A stretch of DNA of 64,000 nucleotides from an uncultured Agathobacter sp. (GCA_910587655.1 CAJUND010000011.1:58425-122424); one strand, 5' to 3'; positions 20,272-30,585 are shown, counted from the stretch's first letter. The notes: a model not told the origin generated them from the sequence alone. Translations and numbers: made by a program.

Positions 20272-21486
20272 GTGGCAGAGTTTATTTACAGGGCTATCGG
20301 GCAGGATGGCAAAGAAAAAAAGGGGAATATCAAGGCGGAATCAGTTGAAGAAGTCTATGAGATCATCCGCAGGGACAGGCTGACGCCGGTAGAGGTGAAA
20401 AAGGCAGGGCTTCTGGATAAGGATATTAATATTGGTATTGGCGGTGGAATCAAACCGCGTGATTTAAGTGTATTCTGCAGGCAGATTGTCAGTATGCTGC
20501 AGGCGGGTGTTACCATTATGGATTCTCTTGCAATGCTTGAGGAACAGACAGAAAATAAAAAGCTTGCTTCTGCAATCGGCGGTGCCAAGGCGGAAATTGG
20601 AAAAGGTGAGACGCTGGGGAGCGCCCTTGCGAAGTTCCCGGATGTGTTTCCGGATGTCATGGTTGAGATGGTAAATGCCGGAGAGGCTTCTGGTAAACTC
20701 GATGTTGCATTTACGCGGATGTCTACATATTTTGAAAAAAGCGCCAAGATGAGGGCAATCGTAAAGAAAGCTGCGACATACCCGATCATGGTTGCGGTTG
20801 TAGCAATTGTCGTTGTTATTGTTATGCTGGTTAAAGTAATTCCGAGTTACCAGTCCATGTTTGAGGATATGGGAACGGAACTTCCTAAAATCACCCAGGC
20901 GGTTGTCGCCATGAGTGATTTCCTGATAGCACGGTGGTATATCGTTGTTGCGGTAATCGTTGCTGTTGTTGTAGGAATTAAAATGTATGCTTCCAGCCAG
21001 GGAGGACAGATAGTATTTGCAAGACTTGCAAGAACAATGCCGATTTTCGGTATTCTGACAATTAAAAATGCGGCATCCAGTTTTGCACGTATGATGAGTA
21101 CCCTGATTTATTCCGGTCTGGGAATGACGGATGCGCTGACAATAACGGCAGGTACTATGACAAATTACCTGTATAAGAAAAAAGTAATGGATATTAAGGA
21201 TGAAGTCATGAAAGGTGTGACGCTTTCAGAACCGCTTCTGAGTGATGATATGTTCCCGCCAATGGTTGGACATATGGCAAAGATTGGAGAGGAGACAGGA
21301 CAGCTGGAAGAAATGCTGAGCCGTCTGGCGGATTACTATGATGAAGAAGTGGAGATGGCAACCCAGACAGTGGTGGCGGCTGTTGAACCGCTGGTAATTC
21401 TCGTACTTGCGGGAGTTGTGGGAGTTCTGATTGCCGCGATTATGTCGCCGATGTTTGCAATGTACCAGAATATGGATAACTTATAG
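20272..21486 (+). CDS. pilC: Type IV pilus platform protein (GspF/PilC)
   Basis: Two T2SSF repeats (AGEASGKLD, IGEETGQLEEML), three TM helices. Confidence 0.93.
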   Translation: MAEFIYRAIGQDGKEKKGNIKAESVEEVYEIIRRDRLTPVEVKKAGLLDKDINIGIGGGIKPRDLSVFCRQIVSMLQAGVTIMDSLAMLEEQTENKKLASAIGGAKAEIGKGETLGSALAKFPDVFPDVMVEMVNAGEASGKLDVAFTRMSTYFEKSAKMRAIVKKAATYPIMVAVVAIVVVIVMLVKVIPSYQSMFEDMGTELPKITQAVVAMSDFLIARWYIVVAVIVAVVVGIKMYASSQGGQIVFARLARTMPIFGILTIKNAASSFARMMSTLIYSGLGMTDALTITAGTMTNYLYKKKVMDIKDEVMKGVTLSEPLLSDDMFPPMVGHMAKIGEETGQLEEMLSRLADYYDEEVEMATQTVVAAVEPLVILVLAGVVGVLIAAIMSPMFAMYQNMDNL

Positions 21487-21550
21487 TATCAAACCTCTGT
21501 TGTAGGGGCAGAGGATGTGATAAATAATCAATGAAAAAGGAGAATGAGAT

Positions 21551-22021
21551 ATGAAAAAGAATGAAGCAAAGATGAATAACAAAGGTTTCTCTCTTGTAGA
21601 GTTAATCGTAGTTATTGCCATTATGGCAGTACTGGTTGGTGTACTTGCACCAATGTTCATCCGTTACGTTGAGAAGTCAAGGGAGAGTACAGATTTACAG
21701 AACCTTGATTCTATTATTACTACCATTGAAGCTTACTGTGCAGATAAGGACAATATCGGCAGTGGTGTGGCAGTTACATTAAAACTTGGTGCTCCAGTGG
21801 AAGATCCTACTCTCAGTGGTAGTAGTACCTTAGGTATTAATGCAGAGTTGATTGCAGCTGGAATTATTGCTAAGTCTGGTGATCCACTTCCGAAAAAGGG
21901 AAACAAGTGGAGTACAGATCCGCAGTGTGTATATAATCCTGCCACCGGTCAGAAAGTATTTTCTGGTGAATCAAGTTACTATCAGCCAAATGCTGCGAAA
22001 ACAGCACTTGAGCCAAAATAA
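21551..22021 (+). CDS. pilA: Major type IV pilin 1
   Basis: Class III signal NNKG|FSLVELIVVIAIMAVL with E+5; 156 aa; AAGGAG RBS; first pilin after pilC. Confidence 0.85.
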   Translation: MKKNEAKMNNKGFSLVELIVVIAIMAVLVGVLAPMFIRYVEKSRESTDLQNLDSIITTIEAYCADKDNIGSGVAVTLKLGAPVEDPTLSGSSTLGINAELIAAGIIAKSGDPLPKKGNKWSTDPQCVYNPATGQKVFSGESSYYQPNAAKTALEPK

Positions 22022-22364
22022 GATTTGATATTGCTTATGGGATTTTGCGGCATCCCACAGTCTCATAAGGAAGAAACTAAGAGAGTGACCTTTATTATCG
22101 GAATATCTGTATAACAGGTATTCTGTCTTGGACAGAAAACAATATGCATCCAAACCCTACTGCAGGATGCTGGAAACGACATCATGGGATTTCGGATCAC
22201 TTGTTTACAAAAGCGCAATGTATCGTCTGGCTGCTTTATACATAAACCACTGGCAGTCAGACAAGGTGCATTGCATCTTGTCATATTTACAGCAAATCAT
22301 CACATATATGCACAGAGCCAGCATGTATGTAAAAAATCACATCAAATTTCAGGAGGCAGATAAA

Positions 22365-22931
22365 ATGACAGATATGGATTTATTAAACGCAATTGGAGAG
22401 CTATTTGACAAAAAGTTTGAAGAGAAAATTGAACCTAGATTCAGGGCGATAGAAGAACGTCTGGATAAAATAGAAGAACGCCTTGACAAGGTGGAGGAAC
22501 GCCTTGACAGAGTAGAAGAACGTCTGGATAAAATTGAGGAACGCCTCGACAGAGTAGAAGAACGTCTGGATAAAATTGAGGAACGCCTTGACAGAGTAGA
22601 AGAACGTTTAGACAAAGTGGAAGAACGCCTTGATAAAGTAGAAAAGCGTCTTGACAAAGTGGAAGAACGCGTCAATAAAGTTGAGGAACGTCTCAGCAAA
22701 GTGGAAAATGATATAACTGTTATCCGCAGAGATATTGAATATAAAGTTTATCCCCTTATGGACAATATATGGTCTAATTATATGGATACTTTTAAACGTT
22801 ACCAGAAAAATAACGAAAAACTGGAAGTTACATATACAGATATTGATGCATTGAAAAGTGCAGTGGAACGGCATACGGTTCAGATTGCAGAACTTCAGAA
22901 ACGAATTGAGCCGGAATCTTCCGCTGTTTAG
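22365..22931 (+). CDS. Heptad-repeat coiled-coil protein, function unknown
   Basis: AGGAGG RBS before ATG 22365; about 13 RLD(K/R)(V/I)EE heptads. Confidence 0.75.
   Translation: MTDMDLLNAIGELFDKKFEEKIEPRFRAIEERLDKIEERLDKVEERLDRVEERLDKIEERLDRVEERLDKIEERLDRVEERLDKVEERLDKVEKRLDKVEERVNKVEERLSKVENDITVIRRDIEYKVYPLMDNIWSNYMDTFKRYQKNNEKLEVTYTDIDALKSAVERHTVQIAELQKRIEPESSAV
22449..22704 (+). repeat. About 12 tandem 21-bp coding repeats with 42-bp higher-order units
   Basis: GAACG(T/C)CT(G/T)GA(T/C)A(A/G)A(A/G)T(A/T/G)GA(A/G) units visible in the sequence. Confidence 0.9.
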
Positions 22932-22958
22932 AATAGAATATTAGCAGGAGATATGTAA

Positions 22959-23432
22959 ATGTCAAAAAACAAAGGATTTTCCCTTGTGGAAATTGTTGTA
23001 GTAATAGCAATTATGGCTGTGCTGGTCGGTGTACTTGCCCCGGTGTTTGTGCGTTATATTGAAAAGTCAAAGCAGGGAGCCGACCTTCAGAATCTGGATT
23101 CGGCAGTGGATGTGCTGGAAGCCTATTTTTCAGATAAAGATTTCACAGACGGGTCAACGGCAGTTACCGTAACTTTAACACTTGGTTCGCCGCTTCAGAC
23201 TTCCGGAATACCGGCAGGCTTTGATCCGGAACAGAATCTGGTTGATATGGGAATTATTAGTGCAAAAGGTGATGCCCTGCCGCTGAAAGCAAATAAGTGG
23301 AGTGCATCAGGTACTGGAAATACAACTGTTCCATCCGTTGTATATGATATACAGTCAAACCATAAAACGTATACCGGTGAATCTGAATATTTTAAGGCCA
23401 ATGATGCAGGCACATCGATAGATGCAAAATAA
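22959..23432 (+). CDS. Type IV pilin 2 (paralogue of pilin 1)
   Basis: KNKG|FSLVEIVVVIAIMAVL; shares DLQNLDS, KGD.LP..NKWS and GES.Y with pilin 1. Confidence 0.85.
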   Translation: MSKNKGFSLVEIVVVIAIMAVLVGVLAPVFVRYIEKSKQGADLQNLDSAVDVLEAYFSDKDFTDGSTAVTVTLTLGSPLQTSGIPAGFDPEQNLVDMGIISAKGDALPLKANKWSASGTGNTTVPSVVYDIQSNHKTYTGESEYFKANDAGTSIDAK

Positions 23433-23481
23433 TTTTAAAGAAGGAAGGCGGCTGTTTTTAGTAAACAGATACAGATAAAAT

Positions 23482-24258
23482 ATGTACACACAGTTAGAGT
23501 TATATGAACAAATCCCAATTTTAGCAGCAGTGCTGCTGTTTGGACTTGTCATTGGAAGTTTTTTAAATGTATGCATTTTGCGCATACCAGAAAAAGAAAC
23601 GGTCGTGACCAGACGGTCGCACTGCATGAACTGTGGATACCAGCTGAGCTGGTATGATATGATTCCGGTCGCAAGTTATCTTGCGTTACATGGAAAATGC
23701 CGCAAATGCAAAGCTGAGATTTCCGCGCAGTATCCTCTGGTTGAGGCTCTGAACGGAATTTTGTGCGTTATTGTTGTATTTGTAAACGGGGTACAGTTTA
23801 ACAGTCTGCTGTACTGCCTGCTTGTATCCGCATTAATTGTACTTTCTGTAATAGATTTCAGGACATATGAGATTCCGTTTGGAATTAATGTGTTTATCTT
23901 CGTACTTGGACTGGTGCAGCTTGCGGCTGATTATGCAGGATGGAAAGGATATGTTGCAGGATTTTTTGCAGTCAGTATACCGCTGGAGCTGCTGTTGCTG
24001 CTAAGCAGGGGAAGGGCTATCGGCGGAGGTGATGTTAAGCTGATGGCTGCTGCAGGAATTCTGCTTGGATGGCAGAAGATTATTCTTGCACTTCTGATTG
24101 GATGCATTTTAGGTTCAGTAATTCATATCATCCGAATGAAAGTATCCGATGCAGAGCATGTGCTTGCTATGGGACCCTACCTGGCGATGGGGATTTTCCT
24201 ATCGGCTTTATGGGGGGATACATGGATACAGATGTACCTGAACATGCTAAAGGTTTGA
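23482..24258 (+). CDS. pilD: Prepilin peptidase / N-methyltransferase
   Basis: GSFLNV, RSHCxxC, KCRKC, VIDF and GGGDVKL catalytic Asp motifs. Confidence 0.94.
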   Translation: MYTQLELYEQIPILAAVLLFGLVIGSFLNVCILRIPEKETVVTRRSHCMNCGYQLSWYDMIPVASYLALHGKCRKCKAEISAQYPLVEALNGILCVIVVFVNGVQFNSLLYCLLVSALIVLSVIDFRTYEIPFGINVFIFVLGLVQLAADYAGWKGYVAGFFAVSIPLELLLLLSRGRAIGGGDVKLMAAAGILLGWQKIILALLIGCILGSVIHIIRMKVSDAEHVLAMGPYLAMGIFLSALWGDTWIQMYLNMLKV

Positions 24259-24382
24259 TAAAAGAGAAAATAATTTTTGTCCGGGTTAGATGCAGGACAG
24301 GATTAAAAGATAAATTACAATATAAGAAATATTCTTTCGGGAGTATTACAGTTAGGAAACAAGGACAGGAGAGAAAAAGAAA

Positions 24383-26065
24383 ATGGCGGGAAAAATCGTT
24401 AGTATTAAGATAGGTTACAGTATTACGCATGTTGCAGAGGTGGAGCATGAATCAAAGACACCTAAGATTTATCATGCGTTTGCGTTTGAAACTCCGGAGG
24501 ATGTATTAAATGATGACGGTGTTCATGTGACGGATGAATTTGTGCGCCGGATGAAGCAGGGGATGACAGAAAACGGAATTCAGACAAACCGGATTATGTT
24601 TACCATTTCCTCCACCCGTGTGGCAAACCGTGAGGTAACCATCCCTCTGGTAAAGGAGAACAAAATCCGGCCGATACTGATGGCGAATGCAAAGGATTAT
24701 TTCCCGGTTGACCTGGCGCTGTACCAGCTGGTATACCGCGTAATAGAAACAATGAAAGCAGAAAAGCAGATGCGTATTTCCATTTACGCCGTTCCGAATT
24801 CACTGATCAGTTCCTACCAGCTTCTGGCAAAGGCGATGGATATGCAGCTGATTGCGCTGGATTATTATGGAAACAGTATTTATGAGGCAATGATGAACAC
24901 CATGTCTCCGGATTTGTCTGCGACATTGTGTATTGATGATAACAGTTCCATGCTGACCGTCATTCAAAACAGTCAGATTGTGCTGCAGAGAAGTATTGGA
25001 TACGGTATTGATGATGCAGTGTTTGCAATGATGCAGACGCCGCTCGTATCAAGGGATGCTACTTATATGGATGCACTTGCGGTTATGCAGATGAATCCGA
25101 GTTTTTCCGACCAGCTGAGACCGGACCGGATGAATGACGAGCTTTCAACCACAAGTGCCAAGGACAGCATTTCCCAGGCACTGTCCATGCTGATTGGTAA
25201 TATTTCCCGTGTCCTGGATTATTTTGCTTCCAGACATTCAGATGTGGAACTGATAGGACTGACGCTTCTGGGGCTTGGTGCGAGCTGTAACGGGCTGGAT
25301 ATTCTTTTAAGTAACGAGCTTGGTGTACGGGTAACTCCGGTAAGCAGCTTTGGTTCCGGGGATGTGATGCGTGAACTTTCTGCGAAGAAGTTTAACATAG
25401 GAGAGTATTACATCAATATTGCCTGTGCAATAAAACCGTTAAATTTTATACTGATTGCAGATGATAAGAAGAAAAAAAGTGCAGAGGGATCGAATGATTC
25501 CATGCTTCTGCCGGGATTTATCTGTGCAGGCTGTATCATTGCTTCCGCAGCAATTTTTGGTGTTCTGACAATGGGGAATATTTCTCTGACTACCACGAAT
25601 AAAGGTCTGGAAAGCTCCATTTCATCTAAAATAAATGTGATTGATGAATATAATTCGTATTTGACATCAAAAGTGATAAATGATGGGATTCATATGATTG
25701 AATCAAGCTCCAATGTGCCAAACGATGCATTTCTTGACCTGATTGCTGAGCTGGAAGAGAATATGCCTTCTGACCTTCTGGTTTCTGCACTGAGCGTCAG
25801 CGGAGATGTGATTAGTATTACGGCTACATGTGATTCCAAGAATTCAGCTGCTGAGACACTGATTAAACTGCGGACCTTCAGCAGTGTGTACAATGTAGAG
25901 TGCAGCGGTATCACCGAGGAAGAGAATGATGCCGGTAAAAAGAGGGTAAATATCAGCTTTACACTGACTTATACAGGTATGCAGAACGATGAAGAAGAAG
26001 GCGGGGATGACCTGCTGACAGAAACAGGAACAGATTCCGCAGAACCTGCAGAAAGTACACAGTAA
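24383..26065 (+). CDS. pilM: PilM-PilN fusion alignment protein
   Basis: Actin-like PilM N-terminus of about 350 aa, a single TM helix, then a PilN-like domain. Confidence 0.8.
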   Translation: MAGKIVSIKIGYSITHVAEVEHESKTPKIYHAFAFETPEDVLNDDGVHVTDEFVRRMKQGMTENGIQTNRIMFTISSTRVANREVTIPLVKENKIRPILMANAKDYFPVDLALYQLVYRVIETMKAEKQMRISIYAVPNSLISSYQLLAKAMDMQLIALDYYGNSIYEAMMNTMSPDLSATLCIDDNSSMLTVIQNSQIVLQRSIGYGIDDAVFAMMQTPLVSRDATYMDALAVMQMNPSFSDQLRPDRMNDELSTTSAKDSISQALSMLIGNISRVLDYFASRHSDVELIGLTLLGLGASCNGLDILLSNELGVRVTPVSSFGSGDVMRELSAKKFNIGEYYINIACAIKPLNFILIADDKKKKSAEGSNDSMLLPGFICAGCIIASAAIFGVLTMGNISLTTTNKGLESSISSKINVIDEYNSYLTSKVINDGIHMIESSSNVPNDAFLDLIAELEENMPSDLLVSALSVSGDVISITATCDSKNSAAETLIKLRTFSSVYNVECSGITEEENDAGKKRVNISFTLTYTGMQNDEEEGGDDLLTETGTDSAEPAESTQ

Positions 26066-26079
26066 GAGGGGAGACAGTT

Positions 26080-26946
26080 ATGAAATCATCAAAAGGAGCA
26101 GCAAAAATTCTGATTATTCTATTCGGGGTTGCAATTCTCATACTGACAATTACGGTTGTAAAACCAAGACTGGATGACACAAAATACGCACTCGAACAGG
26201 AGAATAAAACATTAACGGAAAAACTGGCAAGGCTTACAGAACTGGAAGCGAATCTTGCCACATACCAGACACAGAAAGAACAGTTTGAGAATGAAAATGT
26301 GGAGATTTTAAACCAGTTTCCAGCAGAACTCAGAACAGAGGATGCCATTCTTTACGCGAAGAAACTGGAAAATACTTCCGATATGGAGATTGCGACCATT
26401 GGTGTGGCGCCAGGGAGCCTGCTGTATGCAATGAATGGTGATAATCTGGATGAAACCGGACTGGCAACCGTGAGTGGTTCAACGGCGGATCCGGGCGGTG
26501 AGACAACGGACGGAGCAGGGGGTGATACTGCAGGCACAGACGGCACAGGTGATGCAGCTGCGACAGGCGGTGCTGATGACCTTGGTATTATTGAAGAATC
26601 GCAGGTGGAAAAGCCGGATTATAATCTTTATGACATGGTAGTCAGCTATGACTTTAAAACCAGTTATGAAGACATGAAAAAAATCTTCCAGAATATTCTG
26701 GATGACAAGAATAAAAGAAATATCGGGGATGTTGCAATTACCTATGACGAAGAGAGCGGAAAGCTGATAGGTAACATGACAGTGAACATGTATTTTGTAA
26801 CAGGTACGGAAAAGATGTATGAAGATCCGGATCCGGGCAGCATGAAACATGGACTTTCCAATATATTTGGAAGTTTAAAGAAAGCGGACAGCAATAAATC
26901 AGGAGGTAAGAAATCATCAGGAAGTAAGAAGAAAAAGAGGAGGTGA
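26080..26946 (+). CDS. pilO: PilO-like alignment protein
   Basis: N-terminal TM, coiled coil, ferredoxin-like C-terminus with an acidic Gly/Asp/Thr insert; follows pilMN. Confidence 0.65.
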   Translation: MKSSKGAAKILIILFGVAILILTITVVKPRLDDTKYALEQENKTLTEKLARLTELEANLATYQTQKEQFENENVEILNQFPAELRTEDAILYAKKLENTSDMEIATIGVAPGSLLYAMNGDNLDETGLATVSGSTADPGGETTDGAGGDTAGTDGTGDAAATGGADDLGIIEESQVEKPDYNLYDMVVSYDFKTSYEDMKKIFQNILDDKNKRNIGDVAITYDEESGKLIGNMTVNMYFVTGTEKMYEDPDPGSMKHGLSNIFGSLKKADSNKSGGKKSSGSKKKKRR

Positions 26947-26951
26947 TCTGA

Positions 26952-28160
26952 ATGAGACAAAAACGGAAAGGGAATTCCAACCGGGGATTTACCCTGGTTG
27001 AGGTTCTGGTTGCAGTCGTGATTCTTGCAGTTGTAGTCGTACCTCTTCTGAACAGCTTTTATACGGCATCCAGAACGAATGCGAAGGCAAAAAAGCTGAT
27101 GGATGCAACTACAGCGGCACAGAATGTATTTGAGGAACTTAAGGCGGAGAAGCTGGATGATTTTATTCATGACCATACAGCGACAAAGACAGAGCTGCTA
27201 AAGGGTGATGGAACGGCGCAGCTTGATGAGCATGGAAAGAAAATTTACAGTTACACCCTGCCGGATACGTCTTCTCCGTCAAATTATACACTGACAGTTG
27301 ACCAGCGCACATTTCTTGCCAGGGTAACGCTTGATCCGGTGGATTATACTACCAAGGAATCTGCTGCGCAGAAACAGTCAGATTATAATACGCAGCTGTT
27401 TGCAAAACTATCCAAGCTTTCGTCTGCCAGCAATGCTTTTTACATAGAAGACGCTACGGCAGATCTGGATAATAAGGCAGCAAACAATCTGGCAACAAGT
27501 GTGGATCCGACGGAGATTGAAAATATCAAAAAATCAATGTCAAGAACTATTACAGTGGATATTGCATATACGGAAAGCAGTAAATGGTGCCGTGTATATG
27601 TTACAGTTGCCTATACAGATTTACTGGGCGGAACCTATACGCCGATTGACCGTCAGGAGATTTACAATAACAATACGGCGCTTTCCAACAAACTGTCAAA
27701 TATCTTTCTTTGTTTCCTGCCAATGTACAGTGAAACAGGTACCAAACTTGTACCAAAAGAAAAGGTTATCATTAATAATCCGACCAATTATCCGGTAGGA
27801 ATTTACATGGCAAAGCAGACGAGCCGCGATGATACAGCAAATATGGTTGGTAAAAATAACTACGGTGTGGAGTTAGAAGTCAATGAGGGAAACCGTGTAT
27901 GGGACCAGGCGGTTACCAGGGTGGCAACAAATCTCCGGTATGAAGAAGGCAATACGATTACCAGTGAACTGACGAAGGTTATTTATACCGGACCAACAAG
28001 TATTCCTTCATCCATGCAGAAGGCACTTGACATATCGGATGATTTAAGCCGGCCGGAAGCATCTGTACGTATTTACAAGGTTAAGGTTGAAATATTTGAA
28101 AAGGATGATACTGCTTATGCAAATGCACTCACAACAATGGAAGGAACAAAAATTGAATAG
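26952..28160 (+). CDS. Minor pilin, PilV/GspI-like, 402 aa
   Basis: NRG|FTLVEVLVAVVILAVVVVPLL...ATTAAQNVFEELKA. Confidence 0.8.
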   Translation: MRQKRKGNSNRGFTLVEVLVAVVILAVVVVPLLNSFYTASRTNAKAKKLMDATTAAQNVFEELKAEKLDDFIHDHTATKTELLKGDGTAQLDEHGKKIYSYTLPDTSSPSNYTLTVDQRTFLARVTLDPVDYTTKESAAQKQSDYNTQLFAKLSKLSSASNAFYIEDATADLDNKAANNLATSVDPTEIENIKKSMSRTITVDIAYTESSKWCRVYVTVAYTDLLGGTYTPIDRQEIYNNNTALSNKLSNIFLCFLPMYSETGTKLVPKEKVIINNPTNYPVGIYMAKQTSRDDTANMVGKNNYGVELEVNEGNRVWDQAVTRVATNLRYEEGNTITSELTKVIYTGPTSIPSSMQKALDISDDLSRPEASVRIYKVKVEIFEKDDTAYANALTTMEGTKIE

Positions 28161-30585
28161 GAAAAAGAGGAACAGCAGGGGTTCGGCAATGGTTCTTGTC
28201 ATTTCCACAATTGCAGTTATCGGTGTGCTTGTGGTGACACTGCTTTCCGTGACGCTTATGACTCTTCGGATGAAGGTAACGCAGATGCGTTCCCAGGAAA
28301 ATTTCTATGATGCAGAATCAGTGCTCGATGATATCAATGTTGGTCTGCAGAAAAGAATTGCGGATGCCGCGGGAACGGCATATACCTTTACCCTTGAGCA
28401 TTACAGCGGGGCAAATGCGCAGACACGCCAGTCCAATTTTATGACGATGTTTGAAAAGGAGCTGTTAAAGAATAATCCTCCGTCACCGACAAAATCTCTG
28501 GTGGATGCTGCACATTCCACCATGTATGCGAAACTTTATAACAGGGAAGCATTACTGGATATGATTTCCGTGGAAGTTACAGCTGCGGCAAAGGATTGGA
28601 AGCTGGAATCTGCAGGCGGAGCTAATTCCAATGTTCTGAATGTTGATTCATCTGCAGGTACCTATACCTTTAAGAACCTCCGGGTTACTTATATTGACCA
28701 GAATGACTATATGACAGTAATCCAGACAGATATTGTTGTACACTGTCCTCCGATTGATTTTAACCAGACGCTTACAACGGCACTCGATTTAACTTCTTTT
28801 GTATTTGTGGCGAATGAGCAGTCGCAGGTTACAGGCGGTGATATTGGCGTATCAGGAAGTGCTTATCTGGGAACAGATGATGAAACGGCAGGCCGCTGCG
28901 CGGCAGATTACCGGACTGGAAAAGTTACTTTTGAATCAGTTGGGGATAATACCCGTCTGATTACAAACGGAACCATGTATGCCAGCCAGGGGGCAGATGT
29001 AACAGTTCAGGGTCCGTGTACCACATGGGCGAAAAATGTGGATGTGGATAATGCATCCGTAACCCTTGGGGTTCAGAATACAAAAGCAGACGGAACAGTG
29101 GCACCGTCCGGGACAACATATATCAGTAATGACATTTCCATGGGAAATTCCTCAAAAGTAAAAGCCGGAGGACAGCTTATCGCTTACGGTACACTGGATA
29201 ATTCCAAGACAATTTACGGTGATACGGCAGTTGACAGCAATCCGGCTGCATTTTCCAGTGCCATTCTGATTAATGGAAAAGATACAACACTGGATCTGAA
29301 TGAACTTAATAACTTTATCATTGCAGGAAATGCTTATGTAAATGCAGAGAGGAACTCTATTTCCCAGAGTGTCAACCGGCTGAATGATAATAAAAATATT
29401 GAGATGGGCGAATCCATTGCCATGAAGTCCGACCAGCGGGCGTATATGGTTCCGGCACAGTTTATTGCCCCGTTCTGTCCTTCTGGTGGGGTAAATCCTA
29501 TGCTGGGTGACAAGTATCTGAATCTGGAGAAGGAGCTGGCGGATAAGCTTTATGGCGGGGACAGAACAAGGGTAACCTCCATGGACTTTCTGCGTGCCAG
29601 TGAGACGGCTTCCGTGGGTGTTCCGTCCGAACTTGCGCAGCTTGGGGTAGTGGGACTGCAGAAGGAAGTATATCCTATGAGCAGCGGTACGCAGATGGTA
29701 TATTTCTTCCTTGTATTTGACAGCCAGCAGAGTGTTAATGAATTTGCAGATACATATTTTGCAAAGAAGAAAAATCTTTCTGCCTTAAAAGGACGTGTTG
29801 CACAGAACCGCTTTAATACTTCTATTTCTTATCCGGGTGCGTTTAAGGATAAAGAGAATGACCTGACGGATTATACATTTTATTATAATGGCTGTGTGAT
29901 TGTGCCGGATGGGGAGAATACAAAGGTATTGTCAGGAAAACTGAAATATCTGACGAGTGAATACAGTGTGAAGCTCAATACAGAAGCAGTTAATCACCAG
30001 CAGACTTTTGCGGCGCTTCGCCATAAACTGGTGGCAGGTTCTGTTTCACAGGAAGAGCTGAATAAAAATGTATATGACAATCTGGTACTTCCAATGACGA
30101 GTACAGAGCCGGATAAAAATATTCCGTCTGGAAACAAAAAGATATTTGCAACGCACACCGGTCCCGGAATTGCACCGGAAGCAGCCATGTGCGCGGTAGT
30201 GGTAAATAACCGGGGAGGTTCCACTTACGTCCTTTCCAATCCTACCAGCGATGCATATCAGGAAGCGACCGAGATGTGTGATTCAGAACGTCTTCCGGTA
30301 CATGTAGTGATTGCATCGGGGGATGTGGAAGTAAAATGCAACTTCAGGGGTATGATTATTGCGGGCGGTAAGATTACCATTGATAACCAGAACAAGACAC
30401 TTCAGGCGGACAGTAACCTGACACAGCAGGCGCTGCGTATTGAGGATGATAACGGTATACGTGCCGTGGATTATCTGGTGGCAGGAGACAGCTGTCTGGC
30501 AGACGGTGCCGGCGGCGGTTCGGGCGAGGAGAGTACACTGGCATTCGCAGAATATGTTACTTATAGTAATTGGCAGAAGCAGTAG
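28153..30585 (+). CDS. Minor pilin, PilX/GspK-like (no E+5), about 810 aa
   Basis: NSRG|SAMVLVISTIAVI lacks Glu+5; NFYDAES motif; probable TTG start overlapping the upstream stop. Confidence 0.75.
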   Translation: MNRKKRNSRGSAMVLVISTIAVIGVLVVTLLSVTLMTLRMKVTQMRSQENFYDAESVLDDINVGLQKRIADAAGTAYTFTLEHYSGANAQTRQSNFMTMFEKELLKNNPPSPTKSLVDAAHSTMYAKLYNREALLDMISVEVTAAAKDWKLESAGGANSNVLNVDSSAGTYTFKNLRVTYIDQNDYMTVIQTDIVVHCPPIDFNQTLTTALDLTSFVFVANEQSQVTGGDIGVSGSAYLGTDDETAGRCAADYRTGKVTFESVGDNTRLITNGTMYASQGADVTVQGPCTTWAKNVDVDNASVTLGVQNTKADGTVAPSGTTYISNDISMGNSSKVKAGGQLIAYGTLDNSKTIYGDTAVDSNPAAFSSAILINGKDTTLDLNELNNFIIAGNAYVNAERNSISQSVNRLNDNKNIEMGESIAMKSDQRAYMVPAQFIAPFCPSGGVNPMLGDKYLNLEKELADKLYGGDRTRVTSMDFLRASETASVGVPSELAQLGVVGLQKEVYPMSSGTQMVYFFLVFDSQQSVNEFADTYFAKKKNLSALKGRVAQNRFNTSISYPGAFKDKENDLTDYTFYYNGCVIVPDGENTKVLSGKLKYLTSEYSVKLNTEAVNHQQTFAALRHKLVAGSVSQEELNKNVYDNLVLPMTSTEPDKNIPSGNKKIFATHTGPGIAPEAAMCAVVVNNRGGSTYVLSNPTSDAYQEATEMCDSERLPVHVVIASGDVEVKCNFRGMIIAGGKITIDNQNKTLQADSNLTQQALRIEDDNGIRAVDYLVAGDSCLADGAGGGSGEESTLAFAEYVTYSNWQKQ

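Noticed and set aside
22128..22364. N-terminal 79 codons of the 267-aa ORF
   Set aside because: Non-ATG start without an RBS; a strong AGGAGG precedes ATG 22365
22349..22699. Antisense Ser/Arg-repeat ORF
   Set aside because: Mirror of the 21-bp coding repeats on the + strand
21551..23432. Shufflon or pilS-type silent cassette system
   Set aside because: Both pilins are complete and co-oriented, with no recombinase, inverted sites or long identical DNA tracts
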